Assembly: GCA_028826165.1 (NCBI GenBank)
Contig: JAPDFW010000064.1
Coordinates: forward strand, 310,001-374,000
DNA: 64,000 nt
DNA from: Anaeramoeba ignava BMAN
Lineage: Eukaryota > Protista > Anaeramoebae
Reading direction: 5' to 3'
The notes beneath the pieces are model-generated. The model saw only the letters and a program-made list of their open reading frames with translations, was not told where the DNA came from and searched no databases. Position 1 is the stretch's first letter. The number at the start of each line of letters is the position of its first letter. Shown here piece by piece: positions 40,523 to 53,594 of the stretch. Both the position numbers and the translations under genes were made by a program.

Positions 40523-43500
40523 TTAAAAAGATTCTTGATTTTCTAAAAATAATTCATAAAATAATCTCCTTTTTTCAGCTGATTGAAATTTAAGCAAAAA
40601 TAATTTCGATTCTTTTATTTTCATCAATAAAAAATTTTCATTTTCTTGAAGAGTAATTGTTGTTTGATGATAATTTTTCATTAAAAGTTCTTTCCCCATT
40701 TTAATAATAATTTGGGTTGCTCTCAAAAAAACTAAACCATCTAAACCAGAAAATTTATCAATTTCATATGAAAAATTTTCATCCAAAATTCCACTTTCAA
40801 TTTGAGAACTTTGAAAAATTTTGACGTGAAATTGGTTTTGTTGATTTTGCTTTTTTTCATTAAAAACTATTCGGAAAAATAGATCCCTTTCTTTTGGTGT
40901 TGGAAAAATAACAATACAAGACACTTCCTTTGTTGAAATGAATGCTGTAAATTTATTTGTTTTACCATAAACAATTGTCTTGATTTTTTGGATCTGCTTT
41001 TTGATTATTGTGTTTGATTTAATTAGTTGGATTTGTTTTTTGTGGAATTGAAATTTGATTTTTCCGTTATGTATTTTTTGCAAATTATCATCATAAAAAT
41101 CAATTTCTTGAATTTTTTCCTGTTTTATATTTGGATTTCTGCTTCTGCTTCTGCTTCTGCTTCTTTTTTTTTGGATAGGAAACTATCAATTTCCATATTT
41201 GATTGGAATTGAATTATAAACGATTCAATTTCTGATTTTTGTATTTTAACTATGTTTTGACTTTGTGGATGAACAAAAATTTTCAGTAACTCAAGTTTTT
41301 CTTTGAGTACAATTTCATCAACATTCATTTCCAATTCGTTATTTGAATTAATAACAAGATTTCCATCATATTGAGTATCTGAGTTTCGGGGAATGATTTT
41401 AACTTTGCTTGCAAATTTTATATCTTCTTTTTCAGGAATATTAAGCTCATTCACCAATTGATCCTCAATAGTTTCAGAAAAAATTTTGTTTATTTCTGAA
41501 ATGAAATTTGTTTGATCCTCTTCTGAACTGAATAATACCACCAAGGTTATTGATTTGAATTCTATTTTCATTGTATTTCTGTGATCTTGATTCACAGCAA
41601 ATTTGATTTCTCTTGAAATTTCAAGTGTGAATTCCCGACTTTTAAAAGATATTTGCAATATTTGTTCCTGTTTGTGGATTAAAATTTTTCCAAAATCAAT
41701 TTTTTGGAAATGATAGCTTAATAAATAAACTTGGAATTCTAAAATATTTGGGTTTTCATTTAGATTTTCATTTTCATTTTCATTTTCATTTTCATTTTGA
41801 TTTTCATTTTGATTTTCATTTTGATTTTCATTTTGATTTTCATTTTCATTTTCATTTAGATTTTGGATTTCATTTTCGGTTTCAGTTTCGGTTTCAGTTA
41901 GATTAAAATTTTGGTTGTCTTGAGAAGAAGAAGAAATTGTGACACTTTTTTGGATAAATTCATAAGTATTCTGTAAATCACTCAAAAAGCCATCTCTAAC
42001 TTTCTCAGAACCAAAATAAATAAACAAAAGATTCTCCACAAAATTTTTCAACTCAAGCACGCAAATACGGCTTTTTTTTCTTTTTGAAATAGTCATTTCC
42101 ATCAATGTTTTCTCATCAAAATCAACATGAGAAATTTTGATTTGTTTTTTTTCTTTTGAATCTTTTGATTTTTGAATAATCAAATATTTTGTGAGAATTT
42201 CCAAAAATCCGATTGAATCGATTTTTCCGTTTTCTGTTAAAAATTTAACTGAATATTTCCTTCTTTTGGAAGGTTCATGAGTAATTTTCTGAAGATTGAA
42301 TTTTTTATAAGTTTCGCGAAAAAGTGTTTGTTTTTCATTATTAGGAAAGATGATCCAAATGAAAAATTGTGTTTTTGTGCGCTGCAAAAAGATTTTGTTT
42401 GGGGATGATCGGGGATTTTGAATGGATATTTTGTTTGTTTTGAATTTTCTAATTTGGGTTTGACGAATTACAAAGAGAATATTTCCTGGAATAAGAACAA
42501 TATCTGCAAAAATTTCTTCTTGATTTCCCGAAAAAACCAATTTTATTTGAGTGAAAACTTTCAATTTTTTCATATGTAATGTTTTGGTAAGAAAAATTGC
42601 GCGAAATTTATAAAATGAAGAAATGAAGGAATTCAATGATTTCTGGTCGTATAAATCCAATAAAAAATAGGCATCTTTTTCGATATAAAGTTTGATTTGG
42701 TTTGAATTTGAATTTGAATTTGAATTTGAGTTTGAATTTAATTTTGAATTTGAATTTGAGTTTGAATTTGAATTTGAATTATCATCAATTCGCAAAATGT
42801 TGTTTGATAAAATATATGAACTCCAAAAACGAAATTTCATTCCAGAATCATTTGACTGAATTGAAAAACTGAAGTAAAAATGATCGTGAAAAAGATGGAT
42901 TTGTGCCAAATTGTCTTTATTATTAACAGGAAATGTTGGTGTTTTTGGATATGATTTGGGAATCATCTGGAAAATAAATGTTGAAGGATTCAAGTTCTTG
43001 GGCTGCTTTATTTTGTTGCAACAAGAATCAATTTTGGAATTGAAGTGATTTATAAACATTTTACTCAATTCCAAATCTTGAATCACGATCCAAACGAAAG
43101 AAATTTCATCAACAAAAAAAGTAAGAAAAAAATCGTTCCATTGATGAATTCGAGAATACAAAGAATAAAATCTTGCAATTTCAATTCCTGTTGTTGTTTT
43201 GATAGCGAAATATTTGTTGAAAAGTAGGATTTTGGCGATACATGAAAATTTGCGAGAAGAATCAATCGCAATCACTTCTATCGAAATGGGAAAATCACCC
43301 ATTTTGTTTTCTTTGATTTTGCATCTAAATTTGGATTTCTTAATGGAAAATATGTCTTTTTGAGAAGATGTAAGATTGGGATGCATATCCTTCTTGACAA
43401 CTGAGAAGCGAGCCAAGTGGTGCTCTTCTTTTTCAGGAATATCATCAGGATTTAGTGACAAAATTCCTCTTTTTTTAAACTCAAAAAAACTATTTGCAAT

Positions 43501-44856
43501 TAAATCTCTTTGGAAACTATTTTTTGTTGTGAAAATGATATTTTTGGATGGTTCCACTTCAATCATAAACATTGTGGGATATTCCGGATGAAATTGCAGT
43601 TGTGCATGCTTTTGAAAGGATATTGCTGCCTGGAAATGGTTAGGCAGGTCTGTGTCATTGCTGATGTTTATTCCTTGCAAATCAATTCTGATGATCCATT
43701 TTGTCGATGATTTTTGATTTGGATTAGGCTTATTTGCTTGTAATTCAGTTCCCCAGACGTGAAAAACAGCCTTTCCATCAGAGATGAATTTGTGGATTTC
43801 TTCTTTGATTTGATTCTTAAACTCGGAATATCCATAAATGGCATATTTGTTTTGAAAACTGGGGATTAAAATGGTTTTCTGAATAAAAACAGGTAAACCA
43901 GTTGAAATATCGAACTCATTTTCCAAACTATAGAGTATAGAATAAGGAATCGTTTCCTTAATACGAGTATCGATACTCTTAAAATTTTTAAATGTGTCAA
44001 AATGCTCCTCAATTTTTGTTTCTGGAAAATTGTTTGGCTGATTAAAAGAAGGCACAAATTTTTGCAAACTTAATTGCTGTCCGTTGTGCTCTTTATATCG
44101 CTGTTTGAAATATTGCAAACAGGAAATAACAACATCAATACTAAAAGATATCTGCATTTCAATTTCAATTTCGGAATTAAACGAAGGGTTTATTTGATTG
44201 GCAATTTGTTTATCAATTAAAATTTGCAAAGTTTTTCCACTTGTATTATTTTGTTCATAAAAATCAATTAAAGAATCATAAGGTATAATTAGTGATGAAT
44301 AACTTGTTGAGAGGAATACATTTTCTTTTGAAACTTGCAAAATGGAAGTCTCAATTAGTTGAGTTGATGATCTTAAATAATTTTTTACATTCACTTCAAA
44401 ACGAGCTTTTTTTCTTTCCCAAAAAAGCATGACTAATGCTTGTATTTCTAAATCTTTGCCAAGTATTTTTCCGTTAATTTGCGGCTTGTCATATTCTTGA
44501 TACCATTCAAACATTTTGCAAGTTTTGTATATTAAAACTGTATCCAATTCAGATTGGGTTTCTAATAAAACTATTTTGTTTCCAAATTGAACTTTGATTT
44601 GCTTTTGATTTTTCGAATTTATTAAAATGTTGAATTTGTTTGTTTTTTGTTGATTGGAAAATCTATGTTTCAAAAATGAGTGATCTGGCATCATAATATA
44701 AACTGTTCGAGGAATAACTTTAAATATCCCTTCAATTATTTCATTTGATGTGATTGAGTTTATTTTGATTTTAAATTCTGCTGATTGTTTGATAAAAAAT
44801 TGTGTTACTTTATTCGCAATTAATTTTTCGTTTTCAAAACTAAGATTTTTATTCAT
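40523..44856 (-). CDS. Large uncharacterised protein (~1440 aa) of repeated PH-like units; two ORFs joined across a homopolymer frame break
   Basis: ORF 41125-44856 plus ORF 40523-41083. Adding one A to the A9 run at 41164-41172 (minus strand) gives ...KKRSRSRSRSRNPNIKQEKIQEIDFYDDNLQKIHNG... Same repeat signature as 31281-32468. Confidence 0.65.
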
Positions 44857-45026
44857 ATTTGATTTAAAAATTATTTTTTTTTTTATAAATAAATTAATAA
44901 ATTAATTCAACAACAATAACAATAACAAAAAAAAAAATGTGAAAATGAAAAAAAAAAAAATTGGAAAAAAATTTTTGAAATTTGAGAAAAAAAAAATAAT
45001 TTTTCTCATTTAGATTTCTTTCATTT

Positions 45027-47101
45027 TCAATCTAATTTGATTAATTCTTGAAAAATTTTTTCTGCTTCTAAATTATTTCGATTTATTTTTAATTTGGGAA
45101 GATGATAATTAGTAAAATAGTTAATAAACTGGTCCACATAAAAAGCGAAAACAAAATCTGATTGACGAGTCCATTTCACTTTCATTTCAAAAGCATAAGA
45201 TTCCCAAGATTCAAAAGGGGAATCAATCTTAAAAATTGCATTTGAATCAATAATGATCCATTTTTCCGATTGATAAACCAAATTTTCATAATTCAATCCA
45301 ACAATGTAATAACCAGAACAAACAAGTTTCTCATAAAGAGAAATTAAGGCTTGAAAAGGTTTTGAATTTGGATTGAATAATTCTTGTGGATTTGATCTCA
45401 TATAATCTCTTAATAAAATTCCATGAGCAAATTCTTGGAATAATACTTGATTTGAAGTGGAAAGTCGAACATTTAAACAAGAAACCCCAAGTGAGTTCCA
45501 AAATTGGTTTTTGAAATATTGTTTGATTAAACATGTTTTGTTTGCTGGTTCTGTTGTTGTTGGTGTTTTGCAGGCAAATAATTCTTTTGTTTTTATATCT
45601 TGAACTAATGAAACCCAACTTGTTTTTCCTATTCCAATGCATTCGTTTATTAATATATATCCTTCTTCTTTGTAAAATTGTTCTGTGCATCCACATACAC
45701 AATCTTTTACTAAAGAATATCGATTTTGAACGATTTCATGTGAAATTTTTGATAATTCGAGATGGAATTTTGTTTTTTCTTTCAAGATTTCAATTTGATT
45801 TTTAAATTGATTTTTAAATTGATTTTTTTTGATTTTGATTTTGATTTTGATTTTGATTTTTTTTAAATTGATTTTGAATTTTAGATTTGATTTTGATTTT
45901 GATTTTGATTTTGATTTTGATTTTGAATTTGATTTTGATTTTGATTTTGATTTTGAATTTGATTTTGAATTTGATTTTGATTTTGAATTTGATTTTGATT
46001 TTGATTTTGATTTTGATTTTGATTTTGATTTTGATTTTGATTTTGATTTTGATTTTGATTTTGATTTTGAATTTGATTTTGATTTTGAATTTGATTTTGA
46101 TTTGAATTTGATTTTCATTTTGATTTTTGAATTTGATTTTTTTAAATTGAATTTTTTTAAATTGAATTTGATTTTGATTTTTGATTTTGATTTTGATTTT
46201 GATTTTGAATTTGATTTTGATTTTGATTTTGATTTTGATTTTGATTTTGATTTTGATTTTGATTTTGATTTTGATTTTGATTTTGAATTTGATTTTGATT
46301 TTGATTTTGATTTTGATTTTGAATTTGAATTTGATTTTCATTTTGATTTTGAATTTGATTTTCATTTTCATTTTCATTTTCATTTTCATTTTGATTTTGA
46401 TTTTCAATTTGATTTTGATTTTGATTTTGATTTTCATTTTGATTTTGATTTTCATTTTGATTTTGATTTTCATTTTCATTTTCATTCCCAAAAAAATAAT
46501 TGAAATTGTTAAATGATTTATCCAAATTTAATTCTTTTCTTGATTTATTCATTAAATTTGTAAATTTTTGGATAAGTTGATGTCTTTGAAAATTATCAGA
46601 AATTGAACTAATTATTCTAAATGCTTGAAACCTTTCATCATTTCTCAATTTTTCTGAAGAAGAATAAACATGTCTAATCAATCTAACATGAATACCTTCA
46701 CAATCTCTAGATAAAACAGATAATAAAACATTCAAATCATAAATAAATTCATTCATTGGAATAACCCATTCAACAAGTAATTTCACACATTCATCAGAAC
46801 CATTAATCAATAAAGAAATCAATTTATCCCGATTTTTTGGGAAATAAAAATTTGAAAACCAACTTTGAATTTGAGAATTTCCTTTTTCAAATAAAATTTC
46901 TAATATTTTAAAAGGAACAAAAATTAAATCTTGTTTATTTATCAAATATTGACAAGCTACAAATCCTATATAATTATATAATGCTTTTTCATTTTCAAAC
47001 CAATCCATCATTAATAAATCAAATTTTAATATTGAAAATGATTCAGTTTCAAATATCCATTGAATGTATTGATAATAATCACAAAATTGAAATTTTTCCA
47101 T
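45027..47101 (-). CDS. Helical N-terminal domain + QN linker + atypical kinase-like (probable pseudokinase) domain; frames broken in the linker
   Basis: IGIGKTSWV (Gly loop), FACK, QEFAHG, YYIVGLNYENL, WIIIDS. The C-terminal ORF has no own ATG or promoter, so it is probably one gene with ORF 46157-47101. Confidence 0.55.
45795..46490. repeat. (TTTTGA)n hexamer, probably coding poly-QN
   Basis: Direct tandem repeat. Confidence 0.85.
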
Positions 47102-47387
47102 TTATTTTTATAAAATTAAAAAATGAAAAAAATGAATTTTTTTTTGAGATATTTTTTTTTATGAATAAAATTGAAAACAATTTGATTTCAAAAGAGAAAA
47201 AAAAAATCAAATTGTATAAAAAGATAAAAAAAGAAAAGAAAGCAAAAAAAAAAGTTTATTTTGTTCTGTTCCACTTTTTTGTTTTACTTTCTTTTCTTTT
47301 TAAATTGAAAATAAAACATTCAATAAGTAACTAACTGCAAAAAAAAAAATACTTTTTTCTAAATATTTTGTTTTTTTTTGGATCTTT

Positions 47388-49842
47388 TTAAAAATCATCA
47401 AAGGTTTTTGTTTTTCTTTTTTTTGGATATTTTTTAGCAGAAGAGAATAAAGATATTGTTTCTGAATCAACTTTTTTGTTACGAAGTTTTTTCTCAATTA
47501 TCAAATTTATAAAAAAAGTAACGACAATAAAATAAACAGGAAGAACTTCAAAAATAACATATAAAATGAGAAACCAATTTAAAAATCGGGTGTCATTGCT
47601 TTCATTCCAATCAGTAACACTAGAAGAAGCAGCATTAACGATATCCCAAACAGATCGGATTAAAAACACAAATGCAGTCAAACAAACAAGAATAGTGAAT
47701 GATTTAATTTGAGATCTTCTTTTGGCGTTAAGATTATATTTGTGAATCAAATCTCGATAGAATTTTAATCCTATAGATGTGAATATTAATACAAATATTG
47801 TCCATATTATCCCATGCATTAAAAATCTATAAAATTGATTGTCTGGATCTTCTGCACATGAAATTATTGATAAAAATATTGCAAGAACAACAACAACAAG
47901 AAATAATGGATTTATTAATTTATGAAAAAGTTCATTTGTTCCATAATTTGCATACATAAATAAAACGACAAACCAGATGAATAAGATGAATCTATTTTTG
48001 AATTTTAATTTTAATTTTAATTTAAATTTTGAATTTTAATTTGAATTTTAATTTTAATTTTAATTTTGAATTTGAATTTGAATTTGAATTTTAATTTTAA
48101 TTTTAATTTTAATTTGAATTTGAATTTGAATTTGAATTTTGAATTTTAATTTGAATTTTAATTTGAATTTTAATTTTAATTTGAATTTTAATTTTGAATT
48201 TTAATTTTAATTTTAATTTTAATTTGAATTTGAATTTGAATTTGAATTTGAATTTGAATTTGAATTTTAATTTTAATTTTAATTTTAATTTTAATTTTAA
48301 TTTTAATTTTAATTTTAATTTTAATTTTAATTTTAAATTTTGATTTTAAATTTTAATTTGAATTTAATTTTAATTTTAATTTTAATTTTAATTTTAATTT
48401 TAATTTTAATTTGAATTTGAATTTGAATTTTAATTTGAATTTGAATTTTAATTTGAATTTTAATTTTAATTTTAATTTTAATTTTAATTTTAATTTGAAT
48501 TTGAATTTTAATTTTAATTTGAATTTTAATTTGAATTTGAATTTTAATTTTAAATTTTAATTTTAATTTTATTTTAAAAGAAAATTTAAGAAAAATTTGA
48601 TTTTTAATATTTTTAATTTTAATTTGAAAATTTTAAAATTTTAATTTTCAAATGATAAAATTTTGAATTTTAAAATTTAAATTTTAATTTTAATTTTAAT
48701 TTTAATTTTTAATTTTAAATTTTAATTTTTAAATTTTAAATTTAATTTTAAATTTAAATTTTAATTTATTTTAATTTTAATTTTAATTTAATTTTAATTT
48801 TTTAATTTTAATTTTAATTTTAAATTTTTTGAAAGAAAATTTTAATTTTGATTTGAATTTTAATTTTTAATTGTAATTTTTAATTTTAAATTTGAATTTA
48901 ATTTTTAATTTGAATTTTAATTTGAAGAATGAATTTTAATTTTAATTTTAATTTTAATTTTTAATTTTAATTTAAATTTGAATTTTTTAATTTTAATTTT
49001 AATTTTAATTTAATTTGAAAAAGAAAAAGAAATTTTTGAATTTAAATTTTAATTAATTTTAATTTTAATGATTTTAATTTTAATTTTAATTTTAATTCCA
49101 ATTTTGAATTTGTTTTGATTTTCTTTTTAATTTTTGAAATTTTTGCTTTTTAATTTTAATTTTTTAATTTAATTTTATTTTTCTTTTTGAATTTTTTTAT
49201 TTTATTTTATTTTGAATTTGAATTTTGAATTTGAATTTGAATTTGAGTTTTTCGAGTGTTTAATTTGAATTTGAATTTTGAATTTGAATTTGAATTTGAG
49301 TTTTTCGAGTGTTTAATTTGAATTTGAATTTTACGTTGTAAATTGAAGAAGTAAAGGAAGCATAGTATAAAGAAAATTTAAAGAAAAATCTGATTCTAAT
49401 ATTTTTTCTGAAGGATTTGAAAAAGTTAAACATGTTCTTTCAAATGATAAAACAAAGGATTCAATTAAAATTATAAATCTAAATACAAATGTTCTTGGAA
49501 ATTTTCTTTTCTTACTAATTAAGATAAAAATTAATTTTAAGATAATAATTTAAATTAAGATAAAATTTAATTTTACTTTCTAATTTAATTTTTTAAAATA
49601 TATTTGATTAAAGAATTTATTTATAATTAATAAATAAATAAATAAATGAAAGAAAAATTTTACTTTCGAGATAAAAATAATTGAATTATAACAATTAATG
49701 ATGTAATTGCTCCAATAAAATATAAGCAACATAAAAACCACATTTGCCAAGAATGAGTACTTAATGCAGATACAGTATTTCTTGTTTTATCTTTATGAGA
49801 AATTGCATTAACAAAAGAAAATAAAATAAACAAAAAAAACAT
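47388..49842 (-). CDS. GPR137/TM7SF1/TOM1-THH1-like 7TM protein with signal peptide
   Basis: LPLLLQFTTFILFIWF, LVCLTAFVFLIRSVWD, ILYVIFEVLP motifs. Introns about 49515-49663 and 47992-49334. Confidence 0.7.
48000..49330. repeat. Intronic TTTGAA/TTTTAA satellite, including a ~55-nt direct duplication at about 49215-49330
   Basis: Tandem repeat; GAGTTTTTCGAGTGTTTAA occurs twice. Confidence 0.85.
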
Positions 49843-50140
49843 TTTAATTAAAAAAGAAAAAAGAAAAAAGAAAAAAAAAATGAAATAAATTTTTTCTCCT
49901 TTTTATTTTTTTAAAATTTAAAAGAAAAAAGAAGAAAAAAATAAACAGAAATCCATTTTGCCATTTGTTTTTAATTTTCTTAAAAATTTTCTTTTTAATT
50001 TAAATTTTTCTTTTTCATTTTTTCATCTTTCTTTTTTCCTTTTCTATTTTCTTTATTGTTATTATTATTTTCATATTTCAAAATTTCTTTTTAAAAAAAG
50101 AAAAAAAAAAATTTTTTTCCTTTGTTTTATTTTAAACAAG
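49843..50140. promoter_or_regulatory. Putative bidirectional promoter between the 7TM and G-alpha genes
   Basis: 298 bp between divergent ATGs, with A-rich/T-rich halves and TTTTCATTTTTTCA toward G-alpha. Confidence 0.5.
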
Positions 50141-53100
50141 ATGGGATGTTCTGATTCAAAAGTTGATAATGGAAAAAAACGAAATTCAGAAATTGAAGAA
50201 AGTTTAAAAAAAGATAAAATTTCACAAGGAAATGAATATAAATTTCTTTTATTAGGTAATCTATTATTAAATAGTTTTCTTTAATTTAATTTAAAAATTT
50301 TCCTAAAAGATCAAACACAATATATAAATAAATTAATTTATAAATAATTTAATTTATAAATAATTTAATATATAAATAATTTAATTTATAATCTAATTTA
50401 TAAATAATCTAATTTATAAATAATTTAATTTATAAATAATTTAAAAATAATCTAATTTATAAATAATTTAATTTATAAATAATTTAATTTATAAATAATC
50501 TATTTTATAAATAATTTAATTTATAAATAATTTATAAATAATCTAATTTATAAATAATTTAATTTATAAATAATCTAATTTATAAATAATCTAATCTATA
50601 AATAATCTAATCTATAAATAATCTAATCTATAAATAATTTAATTTATAAATAATCTAATTTAAAAATAATTTATAAATAATTTAATTTTATAAATAATTT
50701 ATAAATAATCTAATCCAAAAATAATATAATTTAAAAATAATTTAATATATAAATAATTTAATCTATAAATAATTTAATATATAAAATAATTTAATTTATA
50801 AATAATTTAATTTATAAATAATCTAATTTATAAATAATTTAATTTATAAATAATTTAATTTAAAAATAATTTAATCTATAAAATAATTTTTAATTTTATA
50901 AATAATTTAATTTATAAATAATTTAATTTATAAATAATTTAATCCAAAAATAATATAATTTATAAATAAATAATAATTTTAAAAATAATTTAATTTATAA
51001 ATAATTTAATTTATAAATAATCTATAAATAATCTAATTTATAATTTAATTTAAAAATAATTTAATTTATAAATAATTTAAAAATAATTTAATTTATAAAT
51101 AATTTAATTTATAAATAATTTAATTTATAAATAATCTAATCCAAAAATAATATAATTTATAAATAATTTAATTTATAAATAATCTAATCAAAAATAATTT
51201 AATTTATAAATAATTTAATTTATAAATAATCTAATCCAAAAATAATTTAATTTATAAATAATTTAATTTTATAAATAATTTAATTTAAAATTTAATTTAT
51301 AAATAATTTAATTTAAAAATAATTTAATTTATAATTTAATTTATAAATAATTTAATTTATAAATAATTTAATTTATAAATAATTTTAATTTATAAATAAT
51401 TTAATTTATAAATAATTTAATTTAAAAATAATTTAATTTATAATTTAATTTAAAAAATAATTTAATATAAAAATAATTTAATTTATAAATAATTTAATTT
51501 ATAAATAATTTAATATAAAAATAATTTAATTTATAAATAATTTAATCCAAAAATAATTTAATTTATAAATAATCAATTTATAAATAATTTAATTTATAAA
51601 TAATCTAATTTATAAATAATTTAATTTAATTTAAAAATAATTTAATTTATAAATAATTTAATTTATAAATAATTTAATTTATAAATAATTTAATTTATAA
51701 ATAATTTAATTTATAAATAATTTAATTTATAAATAATTTAATTTATAAATAATTTAATTTATAAATAATTTAATTTATAAATAATTTAATTTATAAATAA
51801 TTTAATTTATAAATAATCTAATTTATAAATAATCTAATTTATAAATAATCTAATTTAAAAATAATTTAATTTATAAATAATTTAATTTATAATTTAATTT
51901 ATAAATAATTTAATTTATAAATAATTTAATCTATAAATAATTTAATTTATAAATAATTTAATCTAAAAATAATTTAATTTATAAATAATTTAATTTATAA
52001 ATAATTTAATATATAAATAATTTAATTTATAAATAATTTATAAATAATCTAAAAATAATTAGGAGCGGGAGATTCTGGAAAATCAACAATTTTAAAACAA
52101 ATTAAAATTCTTTTTCAATCTGGATTTACTGAAGAAGAAAAAAAAGATTATATAAAAATCGTTCATTCAAATATTTTAGAATCAATGCAAGCTTTAATTG
52201 AAAAAAAGCAAATACTTCAACTTTCATTTCAAAATGAATCAAATGAAGTTAATATTTAATTTTAAATATAATTTTATATTTAATTTTAATTATATTTCCT
52301 TCTTTAGCAAGTTTCTTCCTCAATTCTAAGTTTAACAGGTGATCAAATTTTAAGTCAAGAAATAGGTTCCATGTTAAAAAGCTTATGGAATGATAAAACA
52401 ATTCAAGAAATTTATACAAAAAGGAATGAGATCCAAATGTGTGATTCTGCAAAATAGTAATGAATTAATAAAAAATATGAATTATAAATCTTTGAGTAAT
52501 TTATTTAATCTCAAATTTTCACTTTGAAATACTTAGCTTTTTTGAAGATATAGATCGTATTTTTGATCCAGATTACGTTCCAACTGAAGATGATGTTATT
52601 CACTCACGTACTAGATCAACAGGAATAATTGAGCAGAAATTTGTACTCCAAGGATTAAACTTCAAGTAAATATCTGAGGCTTAATTAATAATTATCTTCT
52701 CAATCCAAAAAAAAAACTTCATCTTTTTTTTTTCCGAATTTTACTAAAAAATTTTTTTTCTATAAATTTTTTAGTATTGTCGATGTCGGTGGACAACGTA
52801 ATGAACGTAAGAAATGGATACACTGCTTTCATGTGAGGATCTTTTTCTCAAAATTTCATATTCTGATGCTAATTAAAAACCTAATTGAAATTGATATTTT
52901 TGTTCATAAACCAAAATAGGAAATATCAGGAGTTATTTTTTTTATTTCACTTTCTGAATTCGATCAAAAACTATTTGAAGACTCACAAGAAAACCGTTTA
53001 TCTGAATCCATTTTTCTTTTTGAAGAGATTTGCAACAGCAGATGGTTTAAAAAATCTTCTATATTTTTATTTTTGAATAAAATTGATCTTTTTAATGAAA

Positions 53101-53327
53101 AAATCGAGCAAAACGGACTTTCTGAACATTTTCCTGATTATACTGGTGGAAAAGACCCTAAAGCTGCACGAAAATTTCTTCGTAAAAAAATTCTTGATGC
53201 GAATAATAACCCCAATAGAGAAATACATACTTTCTATACTTGTGCAACTGATACAGAAAATATTTCGAAAGTTTTTAATAAAGTCAAAGATTTAATTTTG
53301 AAACAAACAATGAATAACGATATTTAA
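50141..53327 (+). CDS. Heterotrimeric G protein alpha subunit
   Basis: MGC acylation site, LLLGAGDSGKST, RTRSTGI, DVGGQRNERKKW, FLNKID, TCATDT. Introns about 50256-52062, 52248-52307, 52457-52536, 52666-52774, 52833-52919. Confidence 0.97.
50335..52060. repeat. Intronic 16-nt satellite (ATAAATAATTTAATTT)n
   Basis: About 1.7 kb filling G-alpha intron 1. Confidence 0.92.
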
Positions 53328-53594
53328 ATCAATTAAATTAAAACCATTTTTATTGGTGAATATTATTTTTAATTTACTTGTTTTGCTTTCTTTTTTGCTT
53401 TTTTTTTTTTTTTTTAAGATAAGAAATGGATTGAAAATGAAAATTTTAATTGAAAAATTTAAAACCAATTTAAACACGTTTTTTATTTGGTTTTTTATTT
53501 TATTTTTTTAAGTTTCTCTTTTTTTTCAAAAATCAAAAATTTTTTTTCATTTCATTTTTTTTCATTTTTTTTTTTCTTAAATCTAAAACAAAAA

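Noticed and set aside
45814-46516. KIKIKI, FDFDFD and ILILIL ORFs (also at 33449-33731, 38058-38285, 58894-59226, 4458-4760)
   Set aside because: Alternative-frame readings of hexamer microsatellites.
52833-52919. GTGAGGA...CTGA in a G-alpha intron as a C/D snoRNA
   Set aside because: The box C candidate overlaps the splice donor and the spacing is too short.
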